Below the pieces are notes generated by a model, which was given only the letters and a program-made list of their open reading frames with translations, was not told where the DNA came from and did no database searches. From contig CAIYBL010000003.1 in NCBI GenBank assembly GCA_903924485.1, forward strand, positions 1 to 55,867: a DNA stretch of 55,867 nucleotides, in the 5' to 3' direction. Positions 50,872-55,867 of the stretch are shown here, piece after piece (position 1 is the first letter of the stretch; every line of letters starts with the position of its first letter). This DNA is from an uncultured Actinomycetes bacterium (GTDB taxonomy: Bacteria; Actinomycetota; Actinomycetes; Nanopelagicales; Nanopelagicaceae). The position numbers were made by a program, and so were the translations under genes.

Positions 50872-52049
50872 GTGGAAAGTCATTGCGGAATCAAACTCGT
50901 TGGTCTGCCGCCCTCCAGCCGAATTACGGAACCCCAAGCCTGGCAATTGTCAGTGGCAAAGGCTGCATTTTGACTGATGTCGATGGGAAAAAGTACCTAG
51001 ATTTCTTAGGAGGCATTGCCACCAACGTTTTAGGCCAGGCACATCCTGCAGTTGTCTCAGCAGTTACACGTCAAATAAAAACACTGGGTCATGTCTCCAA
51101 CTTCTACTCGCATCCTGGGGTCATTGAGTTATCAGAGGAGCTGCAAAAACTTGTAGGTGATAAAACTGCTCGTGTCTTTTTCTGCAACTCCGGCGCTGAA
51201 GCAAACGAAGCCGCTTTGAAATTGTCACGAAAGACTGGCCGCACAAGAGTTGTTGCAACACAAGGCGCATTTCATGGAAGAACGATGGGCGCTCTCTCGC
51301 TAACGGGACAGGACTCCAAGCGGGCACCCTTCAAACCTCTAGTGCCTGGCATTGTTCATGTTCCATACGGAGATATTGAGGCGATGAAAGAAGCGATTGA
51401 CTCTGATACCGCGATGGTAATTCTTGAGTCGATCATGGGAGAGGCTGGAGTCGTCGTTCCACCTAGGGGTTATCTTAAAAGCATTAGAAAGTTTTGCACC
51501 AAACATGGTGCCCTGCTTGTTATTGACGCAGTACAGACGGGTATGGGAAGAACGGGTGATTGGTTTGGTTATGAGTCCGAAGGAATTAAACCTGACATCA
51601 TTACTCTTGCCAAAGGTTTAGGTGGTGGCCTTCCTTTAGGAGCAATGATCGCTTGTGGTAAAGCCAGCAAATTGTTTAAGCCAGGAGATCATGGATCTAC
51701 CTTCGGCGGCAATCCTGTTGCGTGCGCGAGTGCGCTGGCTGTTATCAAAGTTCTTAAGAAGGAGCGGCTACTTTCGAAAAGTAAGAAGCATGGCGAGATT
51801 ATTTGCAAAGCCATCTCTGGCATGGAAGGAATATCCGAAGTAAGGGGTAGAGGCCTTTTGCTCGGAATTGTGACCATCAAACCTATTGCAGTGAGTTTAA
51901 GAGATGCTCTGCAGGAACGAGGAGTTCTTGTGAACGCTGCCACCGAAGATGTAATTCGTATTGCTCCTCCTTTGATCGTTACGGAAAAGCAGATCAGCAA
52001 ATTTGTAAAGGTATTTGAATCTGTGTTGAAGGAGGTTCTCCGTGACTAG
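50868..52049 (+). CDS. argD: Acetylornithine aminotransferase
   Basis: Class III aminotransferase: DAVQTGMGRTG and PLP-lysine context ITLAKGLGGG. Confidence 0.92.
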   Translation: MSGKSLRNQTRWSAALQPNYGTPSLAIVSGKGCILTDVDGKKYLDFLGGIATNVLGQAHPAVVSAVTRQIKTLGHVSNFYSHPGVIELSEELQKLVGDKTARVFFCNSGAEANEAALKLSRKTGRTRVVATQGAFHGRTMGALSLTGQDSKRAPFKPLVPGIVHVPYGDIEAMKEAIDSDTAMVILESIMGEAGVVVPPRGYLKSIRKFCTKHGALLVIDAVQTGMGRTGDWFGYESEGIKPDIITLAKGLGGGLPLGAMIACGKASKLFKPGDHGSTFGGNPVACASALAVIKVLKKERLLSKSKKHGEIICKAISGMEGISEVRGRGLLLGIVTIKPIAVSLRDALQERGVLVNAATEDVIRIAPPLIVTEKQISKFVKVFESVLKEVLRD

Positions 52050-52515
52050 TTCGGAGTTGAGGCGATCTAAAGTTATTTCCCTTGTTGAGTCTGGGAAGAT
52101 TCACTCGCAATCTGATCTTGTGAACCTTTTAGGAAAGGCTGGCTTTCTTGTCACTCAAGCAACCGCTAGCCGTGACTTAGAAGAGATTGGAGCACTTCGT
52201 GGTCGCGGTAATGATGGGATCGCAACCTATCAATTGCCTCGAACTCAATCGTTTCCTGCCGAACTCATACTCTCCGTGGAATCGAGTGCAAATATGGCCG
52301 TAGTTCGCACACCGCCTGGTGGTGCGCAATTGTTGGCCAGTGCTGTAGATCGTGCGTCCGGGACTGGCTCCTTGGCCCTTGTAATAGGAACTATCGCGGG
52401 TGACGACACGGTTCTGGTGATCTCCAAAAACAACGATGGCGGCGCGGCTCTAGCAAAGCAATTAATCAGCATTGCACAGTTAACATCAACGCAAACGAGA
52501 AAGGCAAAAAAATAA
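52042..52515 (+). CDS. argR: Arginine repressor
   Basis: N-terminal wHTH (SQSDLVNLLGKAGFLVTQATASRDLEE) and C-terminal oligomerisation/arginine domain (GTIAGDDTVLV). GTG start with SD GAAGGAGG. 8-nt overlap with argD. Confidence 0.9.
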   Translation: MTSSELRRSKVISLVESGKIHSQSDLVNLLGKAGFLVTQATASRDLEEIGALRGRGNDGIATYQLPRTQSFPAELILSVESSANMAVVRTPPGGAQLLASAVDRASGTGSLALVIGTIAGDDTVLVISKNNDGGAALAKQLISIAQLTSTQTRKAKK

Positions 52516-53943
52516 ATGGCGCTCTGGGGTGGAAGATTTACAAGTTCTCCGGCAGAAGCCGTCTTTGCACTGTCTCGGAGCATTGAATTTGATTGGCGCC
52601 TTGCGCCCTACGATTTGCGTGCATCCTTGGCCCATCTTATGGTTTTGGAAAAGGCGAAGCTCATTTCATCAACGGATGCTCAGCTAATTCGTAAATCGTT
52701 AAGAGAGTTGCAAGACGAGATTGCCCAGGGCACATTCCTTCCTGCGCCAGAGGATGAGGACGTTCACAGCGCCCTAGAGCGTGGACTCACTGCCAAACTT
52801 GGAGCGACCGGTGGGGCGCTACGTGCTGGCCGATCCCGTAATGATCAAGTGGCTACAGATCTTCGCCTATTCTCTTTGGATCACATGCTACATATCGCCA
52901 ACCTTGTTACAGATTTGCAGAGAGCAATCGTGGCTAAGGCAGGTGAATATGTTGATGCACCTGCACCAGGATTTACTCATTTGCAACATGCGCAACCTGT
53001 GTCATTTGGACATGAGTTACTAAAACATGCCCATGCACTCGATCGAGATGTTGCGCGGATAAAGGATTGGCATGCGCGTTCATCGTTCTCACCTCTTGGT
53101 GCAGGCGCCCTCGCCGGGTCTTCTCTTCATTTGGATCCAGAAGGTGTAGCTTCAGATTTGGGATTTACTGCTGCGATCGCCAACAGCATTGATGCGGTGA
53201 GCGATCGAGACTTTGTCGCAGAAGCTCTTTTCGTACTTGCAATGATCGGCTCTCACCTTTCTCGCATGGGCGAAGAGTGGTGTTTGTGGGCGAGCACGGA
53301 ATTTGGTTGGGCGAAAATTGACGACGCCTTCGCTACGGGCTCCTCCATCATGCCTCAGAAGAAAAACCCTGATATCGCCGAACTGGCACGCGGTAAGGCA
53401 GGAAGACTCATTGGAAATCTGACGGCGGTCTTGTCGATGCTTAAAGGTTTACCTTTTGCCTATAACCGAGACTTGCAAGAGGACAAAGAGCCACTCTTTG
53501 ACTCCATAGACACTCTTAACCTGGTGCTTCCTGCATTCACTGGGATGGTCACGACGACCGTCTTTGATCGCGAGAAGATGTCAGCATCGGCTCCTACAGG
53601 GTTTTCTCTCGCTACCGAGATTGCGGACTATTTAGTCCGAGCTGGCGTTCCATTTGCCCAGGCTCATGAAGCAGCCGGAAAGTGCGTTCATACCTGCGAA
53701 TCAGAAAAGAAGGAACTTCATCAACTAACTGATTCCCAATTTACGCAGATTCATCCTTTGCTCCAGGCCGATGTTCGTGATGTCCTTACCGTTGATGGGG
53801 CTTTGCGCTCTCGAACGACATTCGGTGGCACTGCTCCCGCAAATGTGCGCTCACAGATAGGTGCTTTAGAAGGCCTAATTTCGAGTAACGCTTCGTGGAT
53901 TGCCGGCGAGAGCCAGCGGTTTTCGGGCATGATGGGTGCATGA
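52516..53943 (+). CDS. argH: Argininosuccinate lyase
   Basis: MALWGGRF N-terminus and the fumarase/lyase signature GSSIMPQKKNPD. The ATG directly abuts the argR TAA. Confidence 0.95.
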   Translation: MALWGGRFTSSPAEAVFALSRSIEFDWRLAPYDLRASLAHLMVLEKAKLISSTDAQLIRKSLRELQDEIAQGTFLPAPEDEDVHSALERGLTAKLGATGGALRAGRSRNDQVATDLRLFSLDHMLHIANLVTDLQRAIVAKAGEYVDAPAPGFTHLQHAQPVSFGHELLKHAHALDRDVARIKDWHARSSFSPLGAGALAGSSLHLDPEGVASDLGFTAAIANSIDAVSDRDFVAEALFVLAMIGSHLSRMGEEWCLWASTEFGWAKIDDAFATGSSIMPQKKNPDIAELARGKAGRLIGNLTAVLSMLKGLPFAYNRDLQEDKEPLFDSIDTLNLVLPAFTGMVTTTVFDREKMSASAPTGFSLATEIADYLVRAGVPFAQAHEAAGKCVHTCESEKKELHQLTDSQFTQIHPLLQADVRDVLTVDGALRSRTTFGGTAPANVRSQIGALEGLISSNASWIAGESQRFSGMMGA

Positions 53944-55214
53944 ATCTTCTCGAAGACCTTCGATGGCGTGGCTTAGTTGCCCAAAGTACCGATGAAAAAG
54001 CGTTAAAAGAGGCGCTTGCGCAACCTATTACTTTGTACGTTGGTTTTGATCCAACTGCTCCAAGTTTGCACGTCGGCAATTTGGTTGTTCTTCTTGTGCT
54101 TCGTCGTTTTCAATTAGCGGGGCATAATCCAATTGCGTTAGTAGGCGGAGCAACTGGACTTGTAGGTGACCCAAGTGGAAAGAACGAAGAGCGAACACTC
54201 AACACCGAAGAGGTTGTGGGGGAGTGGGTAAATCGAATACGTCATCAAGTTTCAAAATTTCTAGATTTCGATGCACCAAATAATCCAGCGCGCGTTGTGA
54301 ATAATTTAGATTGGACGCAACCACTTTCTGCAATCGAATTCTTGCGCGATATTGGAAAGCATTTCAGTGTTAATCAAATGTTAGCGAAGGATTCCGTCTC
54401 ATCTAGATTAGAAAGTGGTGGAATTTCTTACACCGAGTTCTCTTACCAAGTGCTTCAATCGCTTGATTTTCTTGAACTATTTAGACGTTTTACATGCACT
54501 CTGCAACTTGGTGGTTCAGATCAATGGGGAAATATTGTAGCCGGACTTGATTTAATTAGACGAGTTGAAAGTGGTAGCGGACATGCGTTGACTGTTCCAT
54601 TGCTTGCAAAAGCTGACGGAACTAAATTTGGAAAGACCGCTGGCGGAAGTGTTTGGTTAGATCCTGAGATGACAACGCCGTATGCATTTTTTCAATACTG
54701 GATTGCAACGGAAGACACTGACGTTATAAATTTTCTAAAAGTTTTTTCTTTCTTGTCACACGAAGAAATTAATGAACTCGAAAAAGCGCATAATGAAAAT
54801 CCCGGTGCGCGCACCGCACATCGTGCACTGGCTCGTGAATTAACGTCGCTTGTTCATAGCCCAGCAATAGCCGAACGTGTCGAAGTGGCATCACGTGCGC
54901 TCTTTGGTCAAGGAGAACTTTCTGACCTCGATGAGCAGACTCTTGAGAGCGCTTTAGCCCAACTGCCCCGAGTGGTCATCAACTCCTTTGATGAGATTCC
55001 TACCTGGGTGGACCTAGTAGCCGCCTCTGGGGTTGTAGATTCCAAATCTGCGGCCCGAAGAGTGGTCAAAGAGAGTGGCGCATATCTCAATAACTCCAAA
55101 ATCGTCGGAGAAGACTTTTCGCCGAGCGCAAATGACTTCCTTTTTGGCCGTTTTGCCCTCCTTCGCAAGGGCAAGCGAGATCTTGTAGCCGTGGAGTTCG
55201 TGAAAAAAGCTTGA
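53940..55214 (+). CDS. tyrS: Tyrosine--tRNA ligase
   Basis: HIGH-type motif (PSLHVGNL), KMSKS-type motif (KFGKT) and a C-terminal S4-like domain. ATG 53940 is in an ATGA overlap with argH. The ORF-track 53895 extension is unlikely. Confidence 0.93.
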   Translation: MNLLEDLRWRGLVAQSTDEKALKEALAQPITLYVGFDPTAPSLHVGNLVVLLVLRRFQLAGHNPIALVGGATGLVGDPSGKNEERTLNTEEVVGEWVNRIRHQVSKFLDFDAPNNPARVVNNLDWTQPLSAIEFLRDIGKHFSVNQMLAKDSVSSRLESGGISYTEFSYQVLQSLDFLELFRRFTCTLQLGGSDQWGNIVAGLDLIRRVESGSGHALTVPLLAKADGTKFGKTAGGSVWLDPEMTTPYAFFQYWIATEDTDVINFLKVFSFLSHEEINELEKAHNENPGARTAHRALARELTSLVHSPAIAERVEVASRALFGQGELSDLDEQTLESALAQLPRVVINSFDEIPTWVDLVAASGVVDSKSAARRVVKESGAYLNNSKIVGEDFSPSANDFLFGRFALLRKGKRDLVAVEFVKKA

Positions 55215-55248
55215 TTTATAAGGGTTTTAGGGTTTCTAGAATCTCGAT

Positions 55249-55277
55249 TTGACCCTCACGCTTGCCACGCCTATAGT
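55249..55277 (+). promoter_or_regulatory. rrn promoter P1: TTGACC, 17 nt, TATAGT
   Basis: Near-consensus housekeeping-sigma promoter read directly, about 410 nt upstream of the 16S. Confidence 0.65.
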
Positions 55278-55364
55278 TACGCTCCTTGCTGTGTACCGGA
55301 CGCTTTCTCGGCCGGACAGTAGGCAAATTCTTGCCAGATCGAAAAGTTATCGGTTCTACGCGGT

Positions 55365-55394
55365 TTGACCGCATAAGGGCCTTTGCACTAGATT
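55365..55394 (+). promoter_or_regulatory. rrn promoter P2: TTGACC, 18 nt, TAGATT
   Basis: A second promoter with the same -35 hexamer, 116 bp downstream of P1. Tandem rrn promoters are common in Actinobacteria. Confidence 0.55.
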
Positions 55395-55450
55395 TGTCAG
55401 TCTGCCCTGAAAATGGAGAGCGATCTCCGGAAGCAGTGCGCATCCGTACC

Positions 55451-55471
55451 TTGAGAACTCAACAGCGTGCC
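55451..55471 (+). promoter_or_regulatory. Conserved rRNA-leader box TTGAGAACTCAACAGCGTGCC (antitermination/processing element candidate)
   Basis: Closely resembles the GAGAACTCAA-AG-GTG element I recall from mycobacterial and streptomycete rrn leaders (memory only, needs alignment). Confidence 0.45.
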
Positions 55472-55506
55472 ATAAGTCAATGCCAATGTGGCTCCTTTTC
55501 GCATGT

Positions 55507-55528
55507 CTGGAAACTTTCGAGTTTCCAG
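55507..55528 (+). ncRNA. Perfect 9-bp hairpin with UUCG tetraloop in the pre-16S leader
   Basis: CTGGAAACT-TTCG-AGTTTCCAG read directly. A second 7-bp hairpin ATACCTC-aat-GAGGTAT is at 55554-55570. Confidence 0.6.
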
Positions 55529-55688
55529 CGTAGAAATGAGAGACCACGAAGTAATACCTCAATGAGGTATGGCACTAGTAATCCAGCCTAGCTGGAGAGC
55601 AAAAAGCTATACCCGTTGATTTCCTTTGGTAAAGACAAAAAAGAATAACGTCAGTTGTTTAATATGTCTGTACGCCAGATAAAAACTT

Positions 55689-55867
55689 TCTATGGAGAGT
55701 TTGATCCTGGCTCAGGACGAACGCTGGCGGCGTGCTTAACACATGCAAGTCGAGAGATGAAGTCCCTTCGGGGATGGAATAGCGGCGAACGGGTGAGGAA
55801 CACGTGATGAATCTACCTTCTACTCTGGGATAACTCCGGGAAACCGGGGCTAATACCGGATATGAAA
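55689..55867 (+). rRNA. rrs: 16S ribosomal RNA, 5' end (continues beyond window)
   Basis: GGAGAGTTTGATCCTGGCTCAGGACGAACGCTGGCGGCGTGCTTAACACATGCAAGTCGA is the universal 27F region plus an actinobacterial-type helix 1-6 sequence. The exact mature 5' end is approximate. Confidence 0.95.

Noticed and set aside
55216-55591. 75-aa (minus) and 101-aa (plus) ORFs between tyrS and the 16S
   Set aside because: They overlap the two rrn promoters and the structured pre-16S leader. They are highly basic with arbitrary composition and have no SD or leaderless signature.

Overview
This is a dense, almost gap-free core-chromosome segment from an actinobacterium. The lineage call rests on RbpA, WhiA, a SufR-type suf operon with an embedded Rieske gene, a PdtaR-like ANTAR regulator, DUF3099, and an actinobacterial 16S 5' end. 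GC looks moderate by eye. Packing is very tight, with many ATGA, TAATG or TAGTG start/stop overlaps, which fits a genome-streamlined lineage such as freshwater acI/Nanopelagicales (inference only, no search was possible).

Gene order:
- pdtaR (partial), livKHMGF-type ABC importer, hotdog thioesterase (-)
- polA, MFS (-), rpsA, coaE
- uvrB-uvrA-uvrC-rapZ-yvcK-whiA
- gap-pgk-tpiA-secG, rbpA
- pgi-tal-tkt-ctaA (all -)
- sufR-sufB-sufD-Rieske-sufC-sufS-sufU-sufT, ABC exporter
- SURF1 (-), DUF3099 (-), fabG-fabI
- infC-rpmI-rplT, trmH-like, pheST
- argCJBD-argR-argH-tyrS, then the promoters, leader and first ~180 nt of a 16S rRNA gene

Every long in-frame ORF can be assigned to a conserved housekeeping family. 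I see no mobile elements, CRISPR arrays, toxin-antitoxin or defence genes, and no orphan multi-gene cluster. I therefore do not think this window hides a new protein-encoded system, and I say so rather than inventing one.

What the ORF track does not explain is regulatory and architectural:
1. A recurrent leaderless-mRNA signature: a TAnnnT hexamer 6-9 nt before the start codon with no Shine-Dalgarno, at about 10 operon-leading genes. Two of these are back-to-back divergent pairs.
2. infC starts at a non-canonical ATC behind a structured ~200-nt leader. The ORF track truncates it.
3. A phased triple TGCAT ARG-box-like array overlaps the argC promoter.
4. The arg cluster lacks argF and argG and carries a short-form ArgB.
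5. uvrB, uvrA and uvrC are contiguous and translationally coupled.
6. tkt-tal-pgi replaces the usual actinobacterial tkt-tal-zwf-opcA-pgl.
7. There are candidate SufR operator repeats and tandem rrn promoters.

All functional calls come from motif and synteny recognition by eye. No database search was run.
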